From: a bacterium | GTDB lineage: Bacteria; UBA8248 | Assembly: GCA_965203325.1 (NCBI GenBank) | Contig: OZ241875.1 | Span: 768,001-832,000, forward strand | Length of the DNA: 64,000 nt | Direction: 5' to 3' | In this document: piece after piece, positions 17,532 through 29,087 of the stretch | How the letters are laid out: every line of letters starts with the position of its first letter | Position numbering within the stretch: the stretch's first letter is position 1 | Notes under the pieces: model-generated | Databases searched by the model: none | What the model saw: the letters and a program-made list of their open reading frames with translations, nothing else | What the model was told of the DNA's origin: nothing | Translations under genes and position numbers: made by a program

Positions 17532-18326
17532 TTAGTTTCTCGCCAGAAAATCCTCGATGTCGCGCAAGGATTCCTCAAAGCACTGGATGAGGAAGAAGTG
17601 GCTCGCCTCCTCGTAAATCTTGATCTCACAACCCGGCACGCGGTCGGCTATCTCCTGGGAAGCGCTCGCCGCGCACAGCACGTCCTGCCCGCCCGCGAGC
17701 ACGAGCGTCGGGCACTTCACCTCGTGGAGCCTGTCGAGCGCGTCGTGCGTGAGGCAGGCGTGGGTGGAATTCACATAACCGGGTATGGGCCTGTCCGTGT
17801 TCCCGAGTCCCGCCTCGAACGCGTCGAGCTGTTCCTTGTTCTCGTTGAAATAGTGCGGCGGAAAGAAGAAGAGCGATTGGTGCATCGCGGCCGGTCCGTA
17901 GCCCTGGGCCTTCACCACCTCGTTGATGTTGTAGAGGATCTGGTAGCCGTATCTGTCCAGCTTGCCGAAAGAGGCGGTGATGAGGAGGCTGCGCACGCGG
18001 TCGGGATAGTCGAGCGCCATCATCTGGGCGATGGCTCCCCCCATCGAGCGTCCGATGACGTGCGCGGGCTCGGTGATGCCCACCGCGTCCATCAGGCCGA
18101 TGGTGTCGGCCGCGAAATGGCTCGACGTATAGGGATAATCAGGCGCGGAACTCCTGCCCGCTCCCCGGTTGTCGAAGGCCAGCACGCGGTAGTTCTTCTC
18201 CAGGCTCTCGATTTGCGCCTTCCACGCGCTGCAATCGCCGGCGAGGCCATGGATGAGAACGACGGGAACGCCTTCCCCGTAATCCTCATAGTAAAGCTCT
18301 ACGTCACCCACCTGAACTTTCGGCAT
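17532..18326 (-). CDS. Alpha/beta hydrolase (PcaD/RutD-like)
   Basis: IHGL, FDNRGAGRS, GRSMGG and ASH motifs. Confidence 0.9.
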   Translation of the reverse strand: MPKVQVGDVELYYEDYGEGVPVVLIHGLAGDCSAWKAQIESLEKNYRVLAFDNRGAGRSSAPDYPYTSSHFAADTIGLMDAVGITEPAHVIGRSMGGAIAQMMALDYPDRVRSLLITASFGKLDRYGYQILYNINEVVKAQGYGPAAMHQSLFFFPPHYFNENKEQLDAFEAGLGNTDRPIPGYVNSTHACLTHDALDRLHEVKCPTLVLAGGQDVLCAASASQEIADRVPGCEIKIYEEASHFFLIQCFEESLRDIEDFLARN

Positions 18327-18437
18327 CTTGGTAATCCTCTTCTGTGAATAGTCGAAAAGCCGCTCCTAGGCCCCTCGCGCGGCCGCGGCGGCCCGCCTGC
18401 GAAAATCGAATTACGCTCTATTTCGAGCGCGGGGGAA

Positions 18438-19175
18438 TCAGCTCTTTTTCCCCTCGGCGCCCTCGGCGACTTTATCCATGAACTCCTCGTTGTCGAACAC
18501 CCAGCCGAGGCAGCGCATGACGTTCTGCATCCCGAAGACGTGGAGGTCCGGCCCGTACATGCTCTTCACGCAGTCGGAGAGCATCACCACCCGGTAGTCG
18601 TAGTTGAAGGCGGTGAAGGCCGTGTTCAGAACGCACGTGTTCGTGTTGATGCCCATGAGGCAGACGTTCTTCGTGCCGAGTGAGTCGAGGAGCATCTGGA
18701 GGTCCGTTCCCATGAAGCAGTCGAGGCGCTTTTTGTTGTCGATGACGTAGTCGCCTTCTTCCACGAGGGAGGGAATCATCTCGGTCGTCACCTCGCCCAT
18801 GATGTTGTGGTCGTTCACCGTGCTCTTGCGGCCCAGGGTGAGGCGGTTCTTCTCGTCCTGAATGTCGTGGAGCGCCTTCCAGAAGTGGACCCGCATGCCC
18901 TCGCTTCCGAGGCCGGGAATCTTCCGGAAGATGAGCTTCACGTGGACGACGGGAATTCCGTGGCTTCTGGCGAAACCGAGGAGTTCCTCTGCCGCGCTGA
19001 TGACGCTCTCGCAATCCTCGTCACTCGCCGGCATGGTGGCGACTTCGGGGTCCAGGTGCCCCCGGTGCATGTCGATGGTGACGATGGTGGTTTCTTTGGG
19101 ATCGAGCGATATCATTTCCTTCAACTGATCCGTCATCTCGGAGCGATCAAGAATCTCTACTTGTTGTGCGCACAT
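18438..19175 (-). CDS. Cysteine hydrolase (isochorismatase family)
   Basis: IDM, K.R and GINTNTCV catalytic D-K-C pattern; GAGGGG RBS before MCAQQ. Confidence 0.88.
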   Translation of the reverse strand: MCAQQVEILDRSEMTDQLKEMISLDPKETTIVTIDMHRGHLDPEVATMPASDEDCESVISAAEELLGFARSHGIPVVHVKLIFRKIPGLGSEGMRVHFWKALHDIQDEKNRLTLGRKSTVNDHNIMGEVTTEMIPSLVEEGDYVIDNKKRLDCFMGTDLQMLLDSLGTKNVCLMGINTNTCVLNTAFTAFNYDYRVVMLSDCVKSMYGPDLHVFGMQNVMRCLGWVFDNEEFMDKVAEGAEGKKS

Positions 19176-19400
19176 GGCTTCACCCCTCTGCATGAGAATA
19201 GATGGACAGGTTCCTATCGAATGCTCATAGCATAGTACATATCGCCGGGATTGAAAACGGGGGGATGGGGCGGACTTTCGGGGCGTGATAGCGTTCAACT
19301 TGGTATCTCTTTTATTCGGTAGTATCATCGCATATCGGATATGGAGCACCGCTCCACCCGTGAAGGCCCTGACTAGATTGGCTACGCAAGGATAAGCGAA

Positions 19401-20540
19401 ATGCTGAAGTTCACGAAGTTGCGCCTGAAAAACTGGAAGAACTTCAAGAGCGTGGAATTCGACCTACAGAATCGCATGTTCCTTGTCGGCCCCAACGCCT
19501 CGGGAAAATCGAATCTCCTGGACGCTTTCCGCTTCCTGCGTGATCTCGCTTTATCAGGCGGCGGCTTCGAAGAGGCCGTAAATCGGCGAGGTGGAATGAA
19601 CGCCATTCGCTGCCTGGCGGCGCGAAAAAAACCGGACGTCGAGATCGGCGTCGAGCTGCAAGAAGTCGAAGGACATCGCTGGAAGTATGAACTCGCCTTC
19701 CACCAGGACAACCGACGCCGACCGTTGGTGCGCAAGGAACGTATTTGGCAAGACGACGAAGCGATCATTGACCGACCAAATGAAGAAGATTGCAAAGACA
19801 CTCAACGCCTGACCCAGACCTACCTGGAGCAGGTGAACGTAAACCAGCCGTTTCGCGAGCTGGTTTCGTTCTTCGCATCCATCCGCTACTTGCACATCGT
19901 GCCGCAAATTCTGCGCGAACCGGACCGAGCACAAGGCAGATCGAATGATCCCTTCGGAGGCGATTTCCTGGAGCAAATCGCCAATACGCGAAAACAAACC
20001 CAAAACGCGCGAATGAAACGAATTCAGAGAGCGCTTCGCGTGGCGGTGCCGCAACTCGAAGAGATTGAATTGGAGCGAGATGAGCGCGGGACACCCCATC
20101 TGCGCGGCAAATACCAGCACTGGCGGCCCCAGGGGGCATGGCAAAACGAGGAGCAATTCTCCGACGGCACTTTGCGCCTTATCGGACTACTCTGGGCGGC
20201 CTTGGAGACGGGTGGGCCATTGCTGCTCGAGGAGCCGGAGTTGTCGCTGCATCCCGAAATCGTGCGCATGCTTCCGCAGATGCTGGCGCGCGTTCAACGC
20301 CGCACAGGAAGACAGATATTCATGAGCACGCATTCGCCGGAGTTGCTGCACGATGAGGGGATCGGCCTCGACGAAACACTTCTATTCCTTCCCAGGAAAG
20401 AGGGCACCGAGGTAGAACCCGCAGCATGTGATGCCGACATTCCACACTTATTGGAAGGCGGGCTCCAACTCAACGATATTGTGCTCCCCAAAACACGGCC
20501 TGAAAACGCTACAGAGTTGTTTATGATCGCGGATGCGTGA
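19401..20540 (+). CDS. ABC-type (AAA_21/AAA_15-like) ATPase, putative defence system component
   Basis: Walker A GPNASGKS, signature FSDGT, Walker B LLLEEPE, H-loop STHS; no TM partner. Confidence 0.88.
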   Translation: MLKFTKLRLKNWKNFKSVEFDLQNRMFLVGPNASGKSNLLDAFRFLRDLALSGGGFEEAVNRRGGMNAIRCLAARKKPDVEIGVELQEVEGHRWKYELAFHQDNRRRPLVRKERIWQDDEAIIDRPNEEDCKDTQRLTQTYLEQVNVNQPFRELVSFFASIRYLHIVPQILREPDRAQGRSNDPFGGDFLEQIANTRKQTQNARMKRIQRALRVAVPQLEEIELERDERGTPHLRGKYQHWRPQGAWQNEEQFSDGTLRLIGLLWAALETGGPLLLEEPELSLHPEIVRMLPQMLARVQRRTGRQIFMSTHSPELLHDEGIGLDETLLFLPRKEGTEVEPAACDADIPHLLEGGLQLNDIVLPKTRPENATELFMIADA

Positions 20541-21153
20541 AGCGTTGGCGGCTCCAGTAATCAAAGCCGCGGTTGAAGGAATCGTGGACGAAGCGGTCGT
20601 GAAAAAACTCATCGCTCACATCGGCGGCGCGACGATCAATATATACGGAAGAAAAGGCAAACCTTTCCTACGTACAAAGATCGGCGGCTACAACAACGAT
20701 GCCCGGACACGTCACACACCATGGCTCGTGCTGGCCGATCTCGATAACGAAGCGGACTGCGCGCCTTCTATGCGCGACGGGTGGTTGCCCGACCCCGCAG
20801 ATAATCTTTGCTTCCGGATCGCCGTCCGCGAGGTCGAAACCTGGCTGATGGCGGACGCCGAAACACTCGCCAAACACCTGAGCATATCGCCGAACCGGAT
20901 TTCCAGAACACCCGAAAACATCGAGCATCCAAAAGACGAAATGGTGAATTTGGGACGGCGTTCGCGTCGGAGAGATGTTCGCGAGGACATGGTACCTCGT
21001 GAGAGAAGCGGGCGTCGAGTGGGACCCGCCTACGCATCGCGGCTCATCGAGTACGTCAAGAACAAATGGCGTCCCGATGTCGCGGCTAGTCGTTCGGAAA
21101 GCCTTCGCCGAGCGATCCTTTGCTTGAAGCGACTCATGCAGACTACATCCTGA
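20533..21153 (+). CDS. TOPRIM-like putative nuclease (DUF4276-like)
   Basis: AVEG..DE, DLD and REVETWLMAD motifs; 8-bp overlap with the ATPase gene. Confidence 0.75.
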   Translation: MREALAAPVIKAAVEGIVDEAVVKKLIAHIGGATINIYGRKGKPFLRTKIGGYNNDARTRHTPWLVLADLDNEADCAPSMRDGWLPDPADNLCFRIAVREVETWLMADAETLAKHLSISPNRISRTPENIEHPKDEMVNLGRRSRRRDVREDMVPRERSGRRVGPAYASRLIEYVKNKWRPDVAASRSESLRRAILCLKRLMQTTS

Positions 21154-21192
21154 TTAGGTTTTCCAAGCGGAACAAACCCGGTTTTTCACGAG

Positions 21193-21219
21193 AAAAAGGC
21201 TCCCCGCCGGGGGGAGCCT
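21193..21219 (-). terminator. Intrinsic terminator of sdhCAB
   Basis: Minus strand AGGCTCCCC-CCGGC-GGGGAGCCT-TTTT. Confidence 0.75.
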
Positions 21220-21245
21220 CATTATAACTTACTGAAATGTAAGGC

Positions 21246-21991
21246 TTAATCGCCTCTCACGGTCGCGCGGATGAACTCGCGGTTCATCTTGGCGATGTGG
21301 CTGATGCTGATGTCCTTGGGGCACATGGCCTCGCACTCGGCGTGGTTGGTGCAATTGCCGAAGCCCTCTTCATCCATCTGCGCGACCATGCTGAGCACCC
21401 GCTGCCCCCGCTCGGGCACCCCTTGCGGCAGGTGTGCGAGGTGAGAGACCTTCGCCGCAACGAAGAGCATCGCCGAGCCGTTCGGGCACGACGCCGCGCA
21501 GGCGCCGCAGCCGATGCAGGCGGCCGCGTCCATGGCCGCATCCGCATCGGGCTTGGGGATGGGGACAGCGTTGCCGTCCGGCGCGCCGCCCGTGTTTGCC
21601 GAGATGAACCCGCCCGCCTGGATGATGCGGTCGAACGAGGTGCGATCCACCACCAGGTCCTTCAATACCGGGAAAGCGCTCGCCCGCCAGGGCTCGACCG
21701 TGATGGTGTCGCCGTCGTTGAATTTTCTCATGTGAAGCTGGCAGGTGGTCGTTCCGGAGAATCCCCCGTGCGCTCTTCCGTTGATGACGAGCGAGCACGC
21801 GCCGCAGATTCCCTCGCGGCAATCGTGATCGAAGGCGATGGGTTCCTTGCCCTCCTCGATGAGACGCTCGTTCGTCACGTCGAGCATCTCCAGGAAAGAC
21901 ATGTCCGGGATGATGCCGCTTATCTGGTAGGTCTCAAGCGTTCCCGTAGACTGCCCGTCTTTTTGCCGCCAAACCCTGAGGGTGAGGTCCA

Positions 21992-21992
<1 letters not shown>
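21246..21992 (-). CDS. sdhB: Succinate dehydrogenase/fumarate reductase iron-sulfur subunit
   Basis: [21 protein letters not shown] and [12 protein letters not shown] cluster motifs. Confidence 0.95.
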
Positions 21993-23917
<1,925 letters not shown>

Positions 23918-23941
23918 ACCCTTCTCCTCACCAGGGGAGAA

Positions 23942-24619
23942 CTATTTCAACACACCCGCCAAGACGGCCAGCGGAATCGCCATGAAGCCCGCGGCGACAA
24001 GCACGCCGCTCCAGGGGCCCAGCCGCTTGATCAAAGGGTTGTAAGAGGGATTGTTGATCCCCAGCGACTGGAACAGACTCGTCACGCCGTGGCTCAGGTG
24101 AAGCCCCAGCAGAATCATCGAAACCAGATACACGCCCGATACCGCCGTGTTCCTGAATCCCAGAATCACCATCCTGTAGACGTCGTGGCGGCCCTGCGCG
24201 TCGTGCAACTGGGCGAATTCTGGGTTCGTGGCGAACAGCGTGAAATGAAGCAGATGGTAGGCGGCGAAAGCCAGCACCAGGGCGCCCGTCAGCACGATGG
24301 AGCGGCCCGCATAGGTGACCATCGTGGATTCGGACACGGCGTAGGCCTGCGGCCGGGCCGCCTGATTCATGCGCCAAAGGCGCAGGGCCGAGCCGATGTG
24401 CACCAGGAACACGACAAGAAGCCCTATGCGCGCCACCCACAGGAGAGCGCCGAGATCCTTCAACCCCTTCGCATAGGCGTTCGTCGCCTCGGGACCCGCG
24501 AACATCAGGAGGTTGCCGAGCATGTGGGCGATGATGAACAGGACCAGAAGAATGCCGGTGACGGCCATGGCGACTTTCGCGCCGATGGATGATTGCAGGA
24601 CTTTCGCGAACCTGCCCAT
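23942..24619 (-). CDS. sdhC: Succinate dehydrogenase cytochrome b subunit (single-anchor type)
   Basis: SSIG.K..MA.TG; about 5 TM helices with conserved His residues (HMLGN, VHI, HLLHF, LHLSHG). Confidence 0.92.
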   Translation of the reverse strand: MGRFAKVLQSSIGAKVAMAVTGILLVLFIIAHMLGNLLMFAGPEATNAYAKGLKDLGALLWVARIGLLVVFLVHIGSALRLWRMNQAARPQAYAVSESTMVTYAGRSIVLTGALVLAFAAYHLLHFTLFATNPEFAQLHDAQGRHDVYRMVILGFRNTAVSGVYLVSMILLGLHLSHGVTSLFQSLGINNPSYNPLIKRLGPWSGVLVAAGFMAIPLAVLAGVLK

Positions 24620-24844
24620 CAAATTGCTCCCCCAAAAGCAAAAAATCTCGAAATCGAGAGGGTTGATTCGTCTAATCGGGTGGCAATGTATAGTTTCGGG
24701 GGCGCATGGTCAACCGCATTTCGGGAATTCCTCTTTTTTCACCAGACCCCGTTTCGCACCTTGGCCTATTTGTGATTTTTGCGATATTTTAGACTTGGAA
24801 TCAGCCCGATTACCCAGCAAAACCACCCCGAGAGGGACGCTCAA

Positions 24845-25867
24845 ATGCTGAACGGCGACGTCTTCGTTTTCGACAACGTGGTTCACATGTACGACCTGTC
24901 TGACGAGAACCTCGCCCGCCCGGACAGCGGACTCGATCGCCTCTGGCACCTGCGCATCGGCAAGGGAAGACGCCCCAGGGGCCAGGAGGACGTCTATGCG
25001 GGCGGAGACCCCATCGGCGGGTTCGCCAGGAAATGGACGTGCGATGAGCTCGGCAGGCTGGTTTTCGAGGATTCCGAGACCGACATGGCCATGGCGCAGG
25101 CGGTCGTGCTCTACGACGTCTACAAGGAGGGCTTCTCCCCCGTTCAGGCGCAATACGATTTCGCCTGCGCGAATCCCGAGCGCGTCTTGTTCTGCGGCGG
25201 GGTGGACCCCAAATACCCGAGCGTTCAGGGCGCGCTCGAGGAACTCGAACGCCAGGTGACGGAGATGGGCGCGCGCTCTGTGAAGTTCTACAACGCCCAC
25301 ATCGACGGCAATTCATGGCGGTGCGACGACCCCGAACTCGCCTATCCCATATACGAGAAAGGCCGCGAGCTGGGGCTCAACGTGTTCCAGTACCACAAGG
25401 GCTTTCCGATCACCCGCGCGCGACTGGAGGATTTGACGCCGCTCGACATCCAGCAGGCGGCGATGGATTTTCCCGACCTCACCTTCGCCATTCACCACCT
25501 CGCGCTGCCCTACTTCGAGGAGTGCGTATACATCGCGGCGCGTTTCGAGAACGTCGTGCTCGTCCTGTCGGGCACGATGCACCTGCCCCTCGTCGCGCCC
25601 TGGCAGTTCAAGGAATACATGGGCAGGCTGCTCAGAGACGTAGGCTCCGACCGTATCATCTGGGGTTCGGAAGCGCCCCTGCTGGGCAATCCCCAGCCCA
25701 TGATCGAGTGGTTCTGGGAGATGGAGATCGACGAGGAACTCCAGGAGCGATACGGCTATCCTCCCATCACGGAACAGGACAAGCGCAACATTCTGGGCGA
25801 GAACCAGGCCAGACTCTTCGGAATCGACGTGGCGGCGAAGAAAAAAGAGCTCGGTCTCCTCGCCTGA
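24845..25867 (+). CDS. Amidohydrolase_2 family metal-dependent hydrolase
   Basis: DNVVH, YHKG, FPDL.F.IHH and WGSE motifs; GAGGG RBS. Confidence 0.85.
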   Translation: MLNGDVFVFDNVVHMYDLSDENLARPDSGLDRLWHLRIGKGRRPRGQEDVYAGGDPIGGFARKWTCDELGRLVFEDSETDMAMAQAVVLYDVYKEGFSPVQAQYDFACANPERVLFCGGVDPKYPSVQGALEELERQVTEMGARSVKFYNAHIDGNSWRCDDPELAYPIYEKGRELGLNVFQYHKGFPITRARLEDLTPLDIQQAAMDFPDLTFAIHHLALPYFEECVYIAARFENVVLVLSGTMHLPLVAPWQFKEYMGRLLRDVGSDRIIWGSEAPLLGNPQPMIEWFWEMEIDEELQERYGYPPITEQDKRNILGENQARLFGIDVAAKKKELGLLA

Positions 25868-26008
25868 GGCCACCGCGGGCCAGTCGAGGCTACGCTCTAT
25901 ACCAACGGGGTTTCGGTTTGACCCTCACCGATTTCTGCGCGAGGATGAGACGAACAACTGACAATCATCTCAGACATTTCCAGGCAAATGAAAATTGGAG
26001 GATTTTCC

Positions 26009-27139
26009 ATGCAACCACCCTATGACGGGGAAAAACTCGACCGCCTCATGAGCGAAGCCGGCGTGGACCTCGTTCTGGCCAACTCGCGCGAGAACGTGCG
26101 CTATCTGTGCGGCGGCTATTACTATCACTTTCACGAGAGGTTCACGTCCATGGGGCGCGGCCAGTACATGGCGCTGGCGGGCATCCCGCGCGGCGACGCC
26201 GGAAAATCGTTCCTGATCGGCGGGACCGGCGAGCGCGGCCAAGCGCAGGACCAGAATCTCTGGATACCCGAGCTTATCCCCTCAGGCAGATATCCGGCCG
26301 AAGCCGCCAAAGACGCCGCGCAAGCCATCTCGGAGCGCGGTCTCGGGAGCGGCTCCATCGCCGTGGAGGGCAACTTCCTGCCCGCCATCGCCAAGGATAC
26401 GCTCATGAGCGAACTGCCGAACGCGACGTTCGTGGAAGCGCTCCCGATTCTGGAGGAACTTCGCGCCATCAAGACGCCCGAGGAGATCGATATCTACCGG
26501 CGCATCTCCCAGGCGGACGCAGAGGCCATACGAGACGCTTTCGAGACGGCCAAACCCGGCGCCACCACGAAGGACGTCGCCCACGCCGTGGAACGGGGCA
26601 TGACGGACAGGGGCCTCCACTTCCTGTGGGTCTTCGCCGCTGCGGGACCGGGCATGCTGCGCGCCCCGTCCGGGAAAGTGTGGGAAAAAGGAGAAGTGCT
26701 GCACTTGGACGCGGGCGGCTCGGAATCCGACTACCTGACGGACATCTGCCGGATGGGCGTGCGGGGCGAGCCCACGCCGCTTGCGGACGAACTCTACAAG
26801 GCCTGTCTCGGAACGCAGGATCACGTGCGCGCCGAGATTCGCGCAGGCGCCGTGTGCGGCGACATCTACGAGAAGGGCACGACGTATCTCCAGAACACCG
26901 AGCACGGCGCGTACGGCAACTTCATCATCCACGGCATCGGCATGGTCTCGCACGAGCAGCCCTATTTCGGCCCCGGCGTGGAGAGAGCGCTCGAAGAGGG
27001 CATGGTGGTGTCGATAGAGACCGACATCCGCCATCCCGAGGTGGGCTACGTGAAGGTGGAAGACGCCGTGGCGGTGACGGCGGACGGCTACGAACCCCTG
27101 GGCGACCTGGGGCGCGAGGACTGGGTGGTCGTCGACTGA
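26009..27139 (+). CDS. M24 (Xaa-Pro peptidase/creatinase-like) hydrolase, copy 1
   Basis: Creatinase_N-like start, RAIKTPEEI, LDAG...TDICR, HGIG..HE, SIET and KVED. Confidence 0.9.
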   Translation: MQPPYDGEKLDRLMSEAGVDLVLANSRENVRYLCGGYYYHFHERFTSMGRGQYMALAGIPRGDAGKSFLIGGTGERGQAQDQNLWIPELIPSGRYPAEAAKDAAQAISERGLGSGSIAVEGNFLPAIAKDTLMSELPNATFVEALPILEELRAIKTPEEIDIYRRISQADAEAIRDAFETAKPGATTKDVAHAVERGMTDRGLHFLWVFAAAGPGMLRAPSGKVWEKGEVLHLDAGGSESDYLTDICRMGVRGEPTPLADELYKACLGTQDHVRAEIRAGAVCGDIYEKGTTYLQNTEHGAYGNFIIHGIGMVSHEQPYFGPGVERALEEGMVVSIETDIRHPEVGYVKVEDAVAVTADGYEPLGDLGREDWVVVD

Positions 27140-28272
27140 TGAAGCCGCTGTACGACGAGCAAAAACTCGCCCGCCTGATGGAAGATGCGGGCGTCGACCT
27201 CTTGCTCGCGCACACGCCCCACAACATCCGCTACCTGACGGGCGGCTACTACTTCCATTTCCGCGAAAGGGTGGCCGCCATCGGGCCGAGCCAATACCTC
27301 CCTTTCGTGGGAATCCCCCGCGACAACCCCGAAAACGCCTTTCAGGTGGCATGGCGCGTCGAGGCGTCGCCGCGAAACGAGGTGGACACCTGGATCCCAG
27401 ACGTCATCTACACGAAGGCGCGGGGCACCGTCGGTGCTGCGGAAACGGCGGCCGAGGCCGTGAGGAAGCGGGGACTGGACGAGGGAACCATCGCGGTCGA
27501 GCGCGCCTTCATGCCCGTGGACGCGATGGAAGCGCTTGCGCGCGAACTCCACGGCGCAAGGTTTGTCGATTCTCTCACTATCCTGGAAGAACTACGCGCC
27601 GTGAAGAGAGAGGATGAACTGGAGATATTCCGGCGCGCGGCGAATGCGGATTCAGAAGCCATCCAGGCTGGCTTTCAGGAGGGAGCGCGCGGCGTAACGA
27701 CCCGGCGGATCGAGCAAAGGGTGGAGGAGGAAATGGTGCGGCGCGGGCTCCATTTCCACTACGCCTTCACCGCGGCGGGACCCGCCATGCGGCGCGAGCC
27801 CTCGGATAAAATCTGGCAGAAAGGGGAAATCCTCCACATCGACGCCGGCGGCTCCGAGGCGGGCTACATGTCCGACATCTGCCGGATGGGGGTGCGGGGC
27901 GAACCCTCCCCTCTCGCCGAAGAGTTGCGCAAGGCGTGCCTCCACGCGGTAGACGCCTGCCGGGACGCCATCCGGGCCGGGGCGAGTTGCGCATCGGTGC
28001 ATGAGCGGGGACACCGGGCGTTCGCGGACACCGGCTTCGCCGACTTAGGCATTTTCGAGGTGCACGGCATCGGCATGGTGCAGCAGGAGTTGCCGCGCTT
28101 CGGCCCCGAGGTGGAGCGCTCGCTCGAGGCGGGCATGGTGGTATCCGTGGAATGCGACATCCGCCACGCGGAAATCGGCCACGTGAAGATTGAAGACGCC
28201 GTCGCCGTCACAGAAGACGGCTGCGAGGGTCTGGGGGATCTGGGCAGGGATTCCTGGGCCTGCATCGACTGA
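27139..28272 (+). CDS. M24 (Xaa-Pro peptidase/creatinase-like) hydrolase, copy 2
   Basis: TGATG stop/start overlap with copy 1; MKPLYDEQKL start; colinear paralog with the same motifs. Confidence 0.88.
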   Translation: MKPLYDEQKLARLMEDAGVDLLLAHTPHNIRYLTGGYYFHFRERVAAIGPSQYLPFVGIPRDNPENAFQVAWRVEASPRNEVDTWIPDVIYTKARGTVGAAETAAEAVRKRGLDEGTIAVERAFMPVDAMEALARELHGARFVDSLTILEELRAVKREDELEIFRRAANADSEAIQAGFQEGARGVTTRRIEQRVEEEMVRRGLHFHYAFTAAGPAMRREPSDKIWQKGEILHIDAGGSEAGYMSDICRMGVRGEPSPLAEELRKACLHAVDACRDAIRAGASCASVHERGHRAFADTGFADLGIFEVHGIGMVQQELPRFGPEVERSLEAGMVVSVECDIRHAEIGHVKIEDAVAVTEDGCEGLGDLGRDSWACID

Positions 28273-28308
28273 TTATTATCGACTCATAGAAACGGAGGAG
28301 AAATTCAT

Positions 28309-28893
28309 ATGCCGAGACCATCGGGGGGCTTCACGCGGCTCCAACACGCCGCCATCAAGGTGCACGACATCGAGGCGGCCAAGGATTTCTACGTCAACAC
28401 GCTGGGCTTCACCATTTCGGAGATATTCGAGCCGGGCACGGTGGGCGATTTCCCCTTCGGGCTTTGCTTCATGCGGTGCACGGAACTTCACCACGACATG
28501 AACCTCATCTTCTGGCCCGATGGCGAAGGCCCCGCCCCGCCCGAGGAGCGCTCCTTCTTCTCCTTGCAGACGGGCCTGCATCACATCGCGTTCGAGGTGG
28601 AAGACCGCACGCAAATCGAGGAGTGGGCGTCCTATCTGGAAGAAAAAGACGTCGAAATCTTCTGGGGGCCTTCCATCCACAGCCCCACGCATCCCGAGGG
28701 GGATGGCTTCTGGGGCGAGAACCACGCGCTCTACATCGCGGACCCCTCGGGCAACTGCATCGAGATATTCTGCGACATGGCCGTCATGGACCCCTACACG
28801 AACCGGGTGAACGAGGATTGGTTCCGCGACAGACTCTCCCGGGACGGCCACCCGCGCGACGCGGCGGCGCCGCCCGAAGCCTGGAAGCCCTAG
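28309..28893 (+). CDS. VOC/glyoxalase family protein (extradiol dioxygenase-like)
   Basis: LQHAAI, FMRC..LHHD, GLHHIAF and Y..DPSGN.IEI motifs. Confidence 0.85.
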   Translation: MPRPSGGFTRLQHAAIKVHDIEAAKDFYVNTLGFTISEIFEPGTVGDFPFGLCFMRCTELHHDMNLIFWPDGEGPAPPEERSFFSLQTGLHHIAFEVEDRTQIEEWASYLEEKDVEIFWGPSIHSPTHPEGDGFWGENHALYIADPSGNCIEIFCDMAVMDPYTNRVNEDWFRDRLSRDGHPRDAAAPPEAWKP

Positions 28894-29087
28894 AAACGGG
28901 CGAATCAAGGGCGCGCCGGGAGCGCTTCCCGACGACCGGCATCGGCTCGGGAAACGGCGCGCGTCGATTCGAAATGAAGTCCCAGGGCGCGGTTGCCCGC
29001 CGCGCCTTCGCGACTATGCTATATTCACGGCAAACAAAACCGCGCGCCGCTCCATCCGGTCGGGCGCAACTCATTCGGAGACAAGAC

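Noticed and set aside
19401..20540. SMC/RecF chromosome-maintenance protein or ABC transporter
   Set aside because: Too short for SMC coiled coils, no permease partner, and coupled to a TOPRIM-like gene
26107..28272. 721-aa ORF suggesting a fusion or programmed frameshift
   Set aside because: The N-terminal half is an off-frame overlap with M24 copy 1; the real gene starts at ATG 27139 via a TGATG overlap
28464..29087. N-terminal extension of the deacetylase ORF
   Set aside because: Overlaps the VOC gene out of frame; a good RBS and ATG lie at 29088
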